From Mobula hypostoma (lineage: Eukaryota), in contig NC_086108.1 in assembly GCF_963921235.1 (NCBI RefSeq), forward strand, positions 5,084,001-5,148,000: DNA of 64,000 bases. Reading direction: 5' to 3'. A program made the translations under genes and the position numbers. This document shows positions 47,801 through 59,800 of the stretch, in pieces. Positions within the stretch are counted from its first letter, which is position 1; each line of letters starts with the position of its first letter. Under the pieces are notes generated by a model. The model had not been told where the DNA came from, did no database searches, and worked only from the letters and a program-made list of their open reading frames with translations.

Positions 47801-50800
47801 GGAGGAATCCCGGTACGAGTGTCAGTGGTAACAGTGAGGGGGGAAATCCCTGTACGAGTCTCAGTGGTTACAGTGACGGGGGGGAGTCCCTGTACGAGTG
47901 TCAGTGGTTACAGTGAGGGGTGCGGGAATCCCTGTACGAGTGTCAGTGGTTACAGTGAGGGGGGGAATCCCTGTACGAGTGTCAGTGGTTACAGTGGGGG
48001 GGGGTAATCCCTGTACGAGTGTCAGTGGTTACAGTGAGGGGGGGGTATCCCTGTAAGAGTGTCAGTGGTTACAGTGAGGGGACGAATCGCTGTACGAGTG
48101 TCAGTGGTTACAGTGAGGGGGGATCCCTGAACGAGTGTCAGTGGTTATAGTCAGTGGGGGGAATCCCTTTACGAGTGTCAGTGGTTACAGTGAGAGGGGG
48201 AATCCCTGTATGAGTGTCAGTGTTTACAGTGAGGGGGAGGGAATCCCTGTATGAGTGTCAGTGGTTACAGTGAGGGGGGAATCCCTGTACGAGTGTGAGT
48301 GGTTATAGTGAGGAGAGGAATCCCTGTAAGAGTGTGAGTGGTTATAGTGAGGAGAGGAATCCCTGTACGAGTGTCAGTGGTTACTGTGGGGGGGGGAATC
48401 CCTGTACGAGTGTCAGTGATTACAGTGAGGGGGGTATCCCTGTACGAGTGTCAGTGGTTACAGTGAAGGAGGGGTATCCCTGTACTATTGTCAGTGGTTA
48501 CAGTGAGGGGGTGAATCCCTCTACAAGTGTCAGAGGTTACAGTGAGGGGGGGGAATCCCTGTAGAAGTGTCAGTGGTTACAGTGAGGGGAGGAATCGATG
48601 TTCGAGTGTCAGTGGTTACAGTGAGGGGGGGAATCCCTGTACGAGTGTCAGTGGTTACAGTGAGGGGGGGAATCCCTGTACGAGTGTCAGTGGTTACAGT
48701 GAGGGGTGGGGGAATCCCTGTACGAGTGTCAGTGGTTACAGTGAGAGGGGGGAATCCCTGTACGAGTGTCAGTGGTTACAGTGAGGGGGGAAATCCCTGT
48801 ACGAGTGTCAGTGGTTACAGTGAGAGGGGCAATCCCTGTACGAGTGTCTGTGGTTACAGTGACGGGGGGTAATCCTTTACGAGTGTCAGTGGTTACAGTG
48901 AGGGAGGGAATTCCTGTACGAGTGTCAGTGGTTACAGTGAGGGGGAGGGGGGAATTCCCGTACGAGGGTCAGTGGTTACAGTGAGAGGGGGAATCCCTGT
49001 ACGAGTGTCAGTGGTTACAGTGAGGGGTGGGGGAATCCCTGTACGAGTGTCAGTGGTTACAGTGAGGGGGGCAATCCCTGTACGAGTGTCAGTGGTTACA
49101 GTGAGGGGGGCAATCCCTGTACGAGTGTCAGTGGTTACAGTGAGTGGGGGAATCCATGTACGAGTGTCAGTGGTTACCGTGAGGGAGGTAATTCCTGTAT
49201 GAGAGTCAGTGGTTAGAGTCAGGGGGAGGGGAATCCCTGTACAAAAGTCAGTTGTTACAGTGAGGGGGGGGGATCCCTTACGAGTGTCAGTGGTTACAGT
49301 GAGGGAGGGAATCCCTGTACGAGTGTCAGTGGTTACAGTGAGGGGGGTAAATCCCTGTACGAGTGTCAGTGGTTACAGTGAGGGGGGGAATCCCTGCACG
49401 AGTGTCAGTGGTTACAGTGAGGGGGGGAATCCCTGTACGAGTGTCAGTGGTTACAGTGAGGGAGGGAATCCCTGTACGAATGTCAGTGGTTACAGTGAGG
49501 GGGAGGGGGGAATCCCTGTACGAGTGTCAGTGGTTACAGTGAGAGGGGGAATCCCTGTACGAGTGTCAGTGGTTACAGTGAGACGTGGGGGAATCCCTGT
49601 ACGAATGACAGTGGTTACAGTGAGGGTGGATCCCTGTACGAGTGTCAGTGGCTACAGTGAGGGGCGAATGCCTGTACGAGTATGGGTGTTTACAGTGAGG
49701 GGGGGAATCCCTGTACGAGTGTCAGTGGTTACAGTGAGGGGGGATCCCTGTACGATTGTCAGTGGTTACAGTGAGGGGGGGAGTCCCTGTACGAGTGTCA
49801 GTGGTTACAGTGAGGGGGGGGAATCCCTGTACGAGTGTCAGTGGTTACAGTGAGGTGGGGAATCCCTGTACGAGTGTCAGTGGTGACAGTGGGGGATGGG
49901 GATCGCTGTACGAGTGTCACTGCATACAGTGAGAGGAAGGGAATCCTTTTATGAGTGTCAGCGGTTACAGTGAGGGGGAAATCCCTGTATGAGTGTCAGA
50001 GGTTACAGTGAGGAGGGAATGCCTGTATGAGTGTCAGTGATTACAGTGAGGGGGGGAATCCTTGTAGGGGTGTCAGTGATTACAGTGAGTGGGGGAATCC
50101 CTGTACGAGTGTCAGTGGTTACAGTGAGTAGGGGAATCCCTGTACGAGTGTCAGTGGTTACAGTCAGGGGGAGAAATCCCTGTATGAGAGTCAGTGGTTA
50201 GAGTCGGGGGGTGTGGGAATCCCTGTACAAAAGTCAGTGGTTACAGTGAGGGGAGGGATCCCTGTACGAGCGTCAGTGGTTTCAGTGAGGGGTGATCCCT
50301 GTACGAGTGTCAGAGTTGACAGTGACGGGGGGGAGTCCCTGTACGAGTGTCAGTGGTTACAGTGAGGAAGGGAATCCCTGCATGAGTGTCAGTGGTTACA
50401 GTGAAGAAGGGAATCCCTGTATGAGTGTCAGTGGTTACAGTGAGGGGGGCGGGAATCCCTGTACGAGTGTCAGTGGCTACAGTGAGGGAGGTAATCCCTG
50501 TACGAGTGTCAGTGGTTACAGTGAGGGGGGTAATCCCTGTACGAGTGTCAGTGGCTACAGTAAGGGGGGCGGATCCCTGTACGAGTGTCAGTGGTTACAG
50601 TGGGGGGGTGGGAATCCCTGTACGAGTGTCAGTGGTTACAGTGAGCGGGGGGAATCCCTGTACGAGTGTCAGTGGTTACAGTGAGGGGAGGAATCGCTGT
50701 ACGAGTGTCAGTGGTTACAGTGAGGGGGTTAACCCTGTACGAGTGTCAGTGGTTACAGTGAGGGGGGGAATCCCTGTACGAGTGTCAGTGGTTACAGTGA

Positions 50801-53800
50801 GGGGAGGAATCGCTGTACAAGTGTCAGTGGTTACAGTGAGGGGGGATCCCCGTACGAGTGTCAGTGGTTACAGTGAGGGGGGGAATCCCTGTACGAGTGT
50901 CAGTGGCTACAGTAAGGGGGGCGGATCCCTGTACGAGTGTCAGTGGTTACAGTGAGGGGAGGGATCCCTGTACAAGCGTCAGTGGTTTCAGTGAGGGGTG
51001 ATCCCTGTACGAGTGTCAGAGTTGACAGTGACGGGGGGGAGTCCCTTTACGAGTGTCAGTGGTTACAGTGAGGAAGGGAATCGCTGCATGAGTGTCAGTG
51101 GTTACAGTGAAGAAGGGAATCCCTGTATGAGTGTCAGTGGTTACAGTGAGGGAGGGAATCCCTGTACGAGTGTCAGTGGTTACAGTGAGGGGGGAATCCC
51201 TGTACGAGTGTCAGTGGTTACAGTGAGGGAGGTAATCCCTGTATGAGTATCAGTGGTTACAGTTAGGAGGGGAATCCCTGTAGGGGTGTCAGTGGTTACA
51301 GTGAGGGAGGAATCCCTGTACGAGTGTGAGTGGTTACAGTGAGGGGAGGAATACCTGTACGAGTGTCAGTGGTTACAGTGAGGGGGGGGGGAATCCCTGT
51401 ACGAGTGTCAGTGGTTACAGTGAGGGGAGTATCTTTGTACGAGTGTCAGTGGTTACAGTGAGTGGGGGAATCCCTGTACGAGTGTCAGTGGTTACAGTGA
51501 GGGGGGAATCCCTGTACGAGTGTCAGTGGTTACAGTGAGGGGGGTCACCCTGTATGAGTGTCAGTGGTTACAGTCAGTGGGGGAAATCCCTGTACGAGTG
51601 TCAGTGGTTACAGTGACGGGGGGGGGGAATCCCTGTACGAGTGTCAGTGGTTACAGAGAGGGGGGAATCCCTGTACGAGTGTCAGTGGTTACAGTGAGGG
51701 GGGGAATCCCTGTACGAGTGTCAGTGGTTACAGTGAGGGGTGGAATCCCTTACGAGTGTCAGTGGTTACAGTGAGGGGGAGGGAGGAATCCCTGTACGAG
51801 TGTCAGTGGTTACAGTGAGGGGGGGAATCCCTGTACGAGTGTCAGTGTTTACAGTGAGGGGGGGGAATCCCTGTACGAGTGTCAGTGGTTACAGTGAGGG
51901 GGGGAATCCCTGTACGAGTGTCAGTGGTTACAGTGACGGGGGTTTTCCTTTACGAGTGTCAGTGGTTACCGTGAGGGAGGGAATCCCTGTACGAGTGTCA
52001 GTGGTTACAGTGAGGGGAGGGGGGAATTCCCGTACGAGTGTCAGTGGTTACAGTGAGAGGGGGAATCCCTGTACGAGTGTCAGTGGTTACAGTGAGGGGT
52101 GGGGGAATCTCTGTACGAATGACAGTGGTTACAGTGAGAGGGAGGAATCCCGGTACGAGTGTCAGTGGTAACAGTGAGGGGGGAAATCCCTGTACGAGTC
52201 TCAGTGGTTACAGTGACGGGGGGGAGTCCCTGTACGAGTGTCAGTGGTTACAGTGAGGGGTGCGGGAATCCCTGTACGAGTGTCAGTGGTTACAGTGAGG
52301 GGGGGAATCCCTGTACGAGTGTCAGTGGTTACAGTGGGGGGGGGGAATCCCTGTACGAGTGTCAGTGGTTACAGTGAGGGGGGGGGAAATCCCTGTACGA
52401 GTGTCAGTGGTTATAGTCAGTGGGGGGAATCCCTTTACGAGTGTCAGTGGTTACAGTGAGAGGGGGAATCCCTGTATGAGTGTCAGTGTTTACAGTGAGG
52501 GGGAGGGAATCCCTGTATGAGTGTCAGTGGTTACAGTGAGGGGGGAATCCCTGTACGAGTGTGAGTGGTTATAGTGAGGAGAGGAATCCCTGTAAGAGTG
52601 TGAGTGGTTATAGTGAGGAGAGGAATCCCTGTACGAGTGTCAGTGGTTACTGTGGGGGGGGGGAATCCCTGTACGAGTGTCAGTGATTACAGTGAGGGGG
52701 GTATCCCTGTACGAGTGTCAGTGGTTACAGTGAAGGAGGGGTATCCCTGTACTATTGTCAGTGGTTACAGTGAGGGGGTGAATCCCTCTACAAGTGTCAG
52801 AGGTTACAGTGAGGGGGGGGAATCCCTGTAGAAGTGTCAGTGGTTACAGTGAGGGGAGGAATCGATGTTCGAGTGTCAGTGGTTACAGTGAGGGGGGATC
52901 CCTGAACGAGTGTCAGTGGTTACAGTGAGGGGGGAGAATCCCTGTAGAAGTGGCAGTGTTTACAGTGAGGGGGGGGAAATCCCTGTACGAGTGTCAGTGG
53001 TTACAGTGAGGGGGGGGGATCTCTGTAGAAGTGTCAGTGGTTACAGTGAGGGGGGAATCCCTGTACGAGTGTCAGTGGTTACAGTGAGGGGGGGAACCCT
53101 GTACGAGTGTCAGTGGTTACAGTGACGGGGGGAATCCTTCACGAGTGTCAGTGGTTACAGTGAGGGAGGGAATCCCTGTACGAGTGTCAGTGGTTACAGT
53201 GAGGGGGAGGGGGGAATTCCCGTACGAGTGTCAGTGGTTACAGTGAGGGAGGGAATCCCTGTACGAGTGTCAGTGGTTACAGTGAGAGGTGGAATCCCTG
53301 TACGAGTGTCAGTGGTTACAGTGAGGCGTGGGGAAATATCTGTACGAATGACAGTGGTTACAGTGAGAGGGGGTAGTCCCTGTACGAGTGTCAGTGGTGA
53401 CAGTGGGGAGGGGGATCGCTGTACAAGTGTCACTGTATACAGTGAGGGGGAGGGAATCCTTGTACGAGTGTCAGAGTTTACAGTGAGTGGGTAATCCCTG
53501 TACGAGTGTCAGTGGTTACAGCGAGGGGGGAATCCCTGTATGAGTGTCAGTTGTTACAGTGAGGGGGGAAATCCCTGTACAACTCTTAGTGCTTACAGTG
53601 AGGGGGGCAATCCCTGTACGAGTGTCAGTGGTACAGAGAGGGGGGGAATCCGTGCACGAGTGTCAGAGGTTACAGTGAGGGGGGAATCCCTTTACGAGTG
53701 TCAGTGGTGACGGGGGGGTGGATCGCTGTACGAGTGTCACTGCACACAGTAAGGGGGAGGGAATCCCTGTATGAGTGTCAGTGGTTACAGTGAGGGGGGA

Positions 53801-56800
53801 ATCCCTGTATGAGTATCAGTGGTTACAGTTAGGAGGGGAATCCCTGTAGGGGTGTCAGTGGTTACAGTGAGGGAGGAATCCCTGTACGAGTGTGAGTGGT
53901 TACAGTGAGGGGTGGAATATCTGTACGAGTGTCAGTGGTTCCAGTGAGGGGGGGGGAATCCCAGTACGAGTGTCAGTGGTTACAGTGAGGGGGGATCCCT
54001 GTATGAGTGTCAGTGGTTACAGTGACGCGGTGGAATCTCTTACGAGTGTCAGTGGTTACAGTGAGGGAGGGAATCTCTGTACGAGTGTCAGTGGTTACAG
54101 TGAGGGGGAGGGAGGAATCCCTGTACGAGTGTCAGTGGTTACAGTGAGAGGGGGAATCCCTGTACGAGTGTCAGTGGTTACAGTGAGGGAGGTAATCCCT
54201 GTACGAGTGTCAGTGGTTACAGTGAGAGGGGACACCCTGTACGAGTGTCAGTGGTTACAGTGAGGGGGGGAATCCCTGTACGAGTGTCAGTGGTTACAGT
54301 TAGGGGAGGAATCGCTGTACAAGTGTCAGTGGTTACAGTGAGGGGGGATCCCCGTACGAGTGTCAGTGGTTACAGTGGGGGGGAGGAATCCCTGTACGAG
54401 TGTCAGTGGTTACAGTGACGGGGGGTAATCCTTTACGAGTGTCAGTGGTTACAGTGAGGGAGGGAATCCCTGTACGAGTGTCAGTGGTTACAGTGAGGGG
54501 AGGGGGGAATTCCCGTACGAGTGTCAGTGGTTACAGTGAGAGGGGGTATCCCTGTACGAGTGTCAGTGGTTACAGTGAGGGGTGGGGGAATCTCTGTACG
54601 AATGACAGTGGTTACAGTGAGGGGGGGGGAAATCCCTGTACGAGTGTCAGTGGTTATAGTGAGGGGGGGAAGCCCTGCACGAGTGTCAGTGGTTACAGTG
54701 AGGGGGGATCCCCGTACAAGTGTCAGTGGTTACAGTGGGGGGGAGGAATCCCTGTACGAGTGTCAGTGGTTACAGTGACGGGTGGTAATCCTTTACGAGT
54801 GTCAGTGGTTACAGTGAGGGAGGGAATCCCTGTACGAGTGTCAGTGGTTACAGTGAGGGGAGGGGGGAATTCCCGTACGAGTGTCAGTGGTTACAGTGAG
54901 AGGGGGAATCCCTGTACGAGTGTCAGTGGTTACAGTGAGGGGTGGGGGAATCTCTGTACGAATGACAGTGGTTACAGTGGGGGGGGGAAATCCCTGTACG
55001 AGTGTCAGTGGTTACAGTGACGGGGGGGAGTCCCTGTACGAGTGTCAGTGGTTACAGTGAGGGGGAGGGAATCCCTGTAAGAGTGTGAGTGGTTATAGTG
55101 AGGAGAGGAATCCCTGTACGAGTGTCAGTGGTTACAGTGAGGGGGGGAATCCCTGTACGAGTGTCAGTGGTTACAGTGAGGGGGGAATCCCTGTACGAGT
55201 GTCAGTGGTTACAGTGAGGGCGGGGGGTATCCCTGTACGAGAGTCAGTGGTTACAGTGAGGGCGGGGGGAATCCCTGTACGAGTGTCAGTGGTTACAGTG
55301 AGGGGGGGGGGAAATCCCTGTACGAGTGTCAGTGGTTATTGTGAGGGGGGGAATCCCTGCACGAGTGTCAGTGGTTACAGTGAGGGGAAGAATCGCTGTA
55401 CGAGTGTCAGTGGTTACAGTGGTGGGCGGGGGGAATCCCTGTACGAGTGTCAGTGGTTACAGTGACGGGGTGGAATCCCTTACGAGTGTCAGTGGTTACA
55501 GTGAGGGGAGGGGGGAATTCCCGTACGAGTGTCAGTGGTTACAGTGAGAGGGGGAATCCCTGTACGAGTGTCAGTGGTTACAGTGAGGGGTGGGGGAATC
55601 TCTGTACGAATGACAGTGGTTACAGTGGGGGGGGGGGAATCCCTGTACGAGTGTCAGTGGTTACAGTGACGGGGGGAGTCCCTGTACGAGTGTCAGTGGT
55701 TACAGTGAGGGGGAGGGAATCCCTGTACGAGTGTCAGTGGTTACAGTGAGGGGGGAATCCCTGTACGAGTGTCAGTGGTTATAGTGAGGAGAGGAATCCC
55801 TGTAAGAGTGTCAGTGGTTACAGTGAGGAGAGGAATCCCTGTACGAGTGTCACTGGTTACAGTGGGGGGGGGAATCCCTGTACGAGTGTCAGTGATTACA
55901 GTGAGGGGGGTATCCCTGTACGAGTGTCAGTGGTTACAGTGAGGGCGGGGGGTATCCCTGTACGAGAGTCAGTGGTTACAGTGAGGGCGGGGGGTATCCC
56001 TGTACGAGTGTCAGTGGTTACAGTGAGGGGGGGGGAAATCCCTGTACGAGTATCAGTGGTTATAGTGAGGGGGGGAATCCCTGCAGGAGTGTCAGTGGTT
56101 ACAGTGAGGGGAAGAATCGCTGTACGAGTGTCAGTGGTTACAGTGAGGGGGGATCCCTGTATGAGTGTCAGTGGTTACAGTGACGGGGTGGAATCCCTTA
56201 CGAGTGTCAGTGGTTACAGTGAGGGGGAGGGAGGAATCCCTGTACGAGTGTCAGTGGTTACAGTGAGGGGAGGAATCGCTGTACGAGTGTCAGTGGTTAC
56301 AGTGAGGGGGGAAACCCTGTAAGAGTGTCAGTGGTTACAGTGAGGGGGGGAATCCCTGTACGAGTGTCAGTGGTTACAGTGACGGGGGGTTTTCCTTTAC
56401 GAGTGTCAGTGGTTACCGTGAGGGAGGGAATCCCTGTACGAGTGTCAGTGGTTACAGTGAGGGGAGGGGGGAATTCCCGTACGAGTGTCAGTGGTTACAG
56501 TGAGAGGGGGAATCCCTGTACGAGTGTCAGTGGTTACAGTGAGGGGTGGGGTAATCTCTGTACGAATGACAGTGGTTACAGTGAGAGGGAGGAATCCCGG
56601 TACGAGTGTCAGTGGTAACAGTGAGGGGGGAAATCCCTGTACGAGTCTCAGTGGTTACAGTGGGGGGGGGGAATCCCTGTACGAGTGTCAGTGGTTACAG
56701 TGGGGAAGGTAATCCCTGTACGAGTGTCAGTGGTTACAGTGAGGGGGGGTAATCCCTGTACGAGTGTCAGTGGTTACAGTGAGGGGACGAATCGCTGTAC

Positions 56801-59800
56801 GAGTGTCAGTGGTTACAGTGAGGGGGGATCCCTGTACGAGTGTCAGTGGTTACAGTGAGGGGGGGAATCCCTGTACGAGTGTCAGTGGTTACAGTGAGAG
56901 GGGGAATCCCTGTATGAGTGTCAGTGGTTACAGTGAGGGGGAGGGAATCCCTGTATGAGTGTCAGTGGTTACAGTGAGGGGGGAATCCCTGTACGAGTGT
57001 GAGTGGTTATAGTGAGGAGAGGAATCCCTGTAAGAGTGTGAGTGGTTATAGTGAGGAGAGGAATCCCTGTACGAGTGTCAGTGGTTACAGTGAGGGAGGG
57101 AATCCCTGTACGAGTGTCAGTGGTTACAGTGAGGGGGAGGGGGGAATTCCCGTACGAGTGTCAGTGGTTACAGTGAGGGAGGGAATCCCTGTACGAGTGT
57201 CAGTGGTTACAGTGAGAGGGGGAATCCCTGTACGAGTGTCAGTGGTTACAGTGAGGCGTGGGGAAATATCTGTACGAATGTCAGTGGTTACAGTGAGAGG
57301 GGGTAGTCCCTGTACGAGTGTCAGTGGTGACAGTGGGGAGGGGGATCGCTGTACAAGTGTCAGTGGTTACAGTGAGGGGGAGGGAATCCCTGTACGAGTG
57401 TCAGTGTTTACAGTGAGTGGGTAATCCCTGTACGAGTGTCAGTGGTTACAGTGAGGGGGGAATCCCGGTACGAGTGTCAGTGGTAACAGTGAGGGGGGTA
57501 ATCCCTGTACAACTCTCAGTTGTTACAGTGAGGGGGGCAATCCCTGTACGAGTGTCAGTGGTTACAGTGAGGGGGGGAATCCCTGTACGAGTGTCAGTGG
57601 TTACAGTGAGGGGGGGAATCCCTGTACGAGTGTCAGTGGTGACAGTGGGGGGTGGGAATCCCTGTACGAGTGTCACTGCACACAGTAAGGGGGAGGGAAT
57701 CCCTGTATGAGTGTCAGTGGTTACAGTGAGGGGGGAATCCCTGTACGAGTGTCAGTGGTTACAGTGAGGGGGGAATCCCTGTACGAGTGTCAGTGGTTAC
57801 AGTGAGGGAGGGAATCCCTGTACGAGTGTCAGTGGTTACAGTGAGGGGGAGGGAGGAATCCCTGTACGAGTGTCAGTGGTTACAGTGAGAGGGGGAATCC
57901 CTGTACGAGTGTCAGTGGTTACAGTGAGGGAGGGAATCCCTGTACGAGTGTCGGTGGTTACAGTGAGGGGGACACCCTGTATGAGTGTCAGTGGTTACAG
58001 TCAGGGGGGGAATCCCTGTACGAGTGTCAGTGGTTACAGTGAGGGGTGGAATCCCTGTACGAGTGTCAGTGGTTACAGTGAGGGGGGATCCCTGTACGAG
58101 TGTCAGTGGTTACAGTGGGGGGGAGGAATCCCTGTATGAGTGTCTGTGGTTACAGTGACGGGGGGGTAATCCTTTACGAGTGTCAGTGGTTACAGTGAGG
58201 GAGGGAATTCCTGTACGAGTGTCAGTGGTTACAGTGAGGGGGAGGGGGGAATTCCCGTACGAGTGTCAGTGGTTACAGTGAGAGGGGAAATCCCTATACG
58301 AGTGTCAGTGGTTACAGTGAGGAAGGTAATCCCTGTACGAGTGTCAGTGGTTACAGTAAGGGGGGGGGAAATCCCTGTACGAGTGGCAGTGGTTATTGTG
58401 AGGGGGGGAATCCCTGCACGAGTGTCAGTGGTTACAGTGAGGGGGGATCCCTGAACGAGTGTCAGTGGTTATAGTCAGTGGGGGGAATCCCTGTACGAGT
58501 GTCAGTGGTTACAGTGACGGGTGGTAATCCTTTACGAGTGTCAGTGGTTACAGTGAGGGAGGGAATCCCTGTACGAGTGTCAGTGGTTACAGTGAGGGGA
58601 GGGGGGAATTCCCGTACGAGTGTCAGTGGTTACAGTGAGAGGGGGAATCCCTGTACGAGTGTCAGTGGTTACAGTGAGGGGTGGGGGAATCTCTGTACGA
58701 ATGACAGTGGTTACAGTGGGGGGGTGGAAATCCCTGTACGAGTGTCAGTGGTTACAGTGAGAGGGGGAATCCCTGTATGAGTGTCAGTGGTTACAGTGAG
58801 GGGGAGGGAATCCCTGTATGAGTGTCAGTGGTTACAGTGAGGGGGGAATCCCTGTACGAGTGTGAGTGGTTATAGTGAGGAGAGGAATCCCTGTAAGAGT
58901 GTGAGTGGTTATAGTGAGGAGAGGAATCCCTGTACGAGTGTCACTGGTTACAGTGGGGGGGGGAATCCCTGTACGAGTGTCAGTGATTACAGTGAGGGGG
59001 GTATCCCTGTACGAGTGTCAGTGGTTACAGTGAGGGCGGGGGGTATCCCTGTACGAGAGTCAGTGGTTACAGTGAGGGCGGGGGGTATCCCTGTACGAGT
59101 GTCAGTGGTTACAGTGAGGGGGGGGGAAATCCCTGTACGAGTATCAGTGGTTATAGTGAGGGTGGGAATCCCTGCAGGAGTGTCAGTGGTTACAGTGAGG
59201 GGAAGAATCGCTGTACGAGTGTCAGTGGTTACAGTGAGGGGGGATCCCTGTATGAGTGTCAGTGGTTACAGTGACGGGGTGGAATCCCTTACGAGTGTCA
59301 GTGGTTACAGTGAGGGGGAGGGAGGAATCCCTGTACGAGTGTCAGTGGTTACAGTGAGGGGAGGAATCGCTGTACGAGTGTCAGTGGTTACAGTGAGGGG
59401 GGAAACCCTGTAAGAGTGTCAGTGGTTACAGTGAGGGGGGGAATCCCTGTACGAGTGTCAGTGGTTACAGTGACGGGGGGTTTTCCTTTACGAGTGTCAG
59501 TGGTTACCGTGAGGGAGGGAATCCCTGTACGAGTGTCAGTGGTTACAGTGAGGGGAGGGGGGAATTCCCGTACGAGTGTCAGTGGTTACAGTGAGAGGGG
59601 GAATCCCTGTACGAGTGTCAGTGGTTACAGTGAGGGGTGGGGTAATCTCTGTACGAATGACAGTGGTTACAGTGAGAGGGAGGAATCCCGGTACGAGTGT
59701 CAGTGGTAACAGTGAGGGGGGAAATCCCTGTACGAGTCTCAGTGGTTACAGTGACGGGGGGGAGTCCCTGTACGAGTGTCAGTGGTTACAGTGAGGGGTG

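Noticed and set aside
40878..54305. TTAGGG hexamers (~40878, ~41153, ~54300) suggesting telomeric repeats
   Set aside because: These are isolated single copies produced by a G-to-T substitution in GTGAGGG. There is no tandem telomeric tract.
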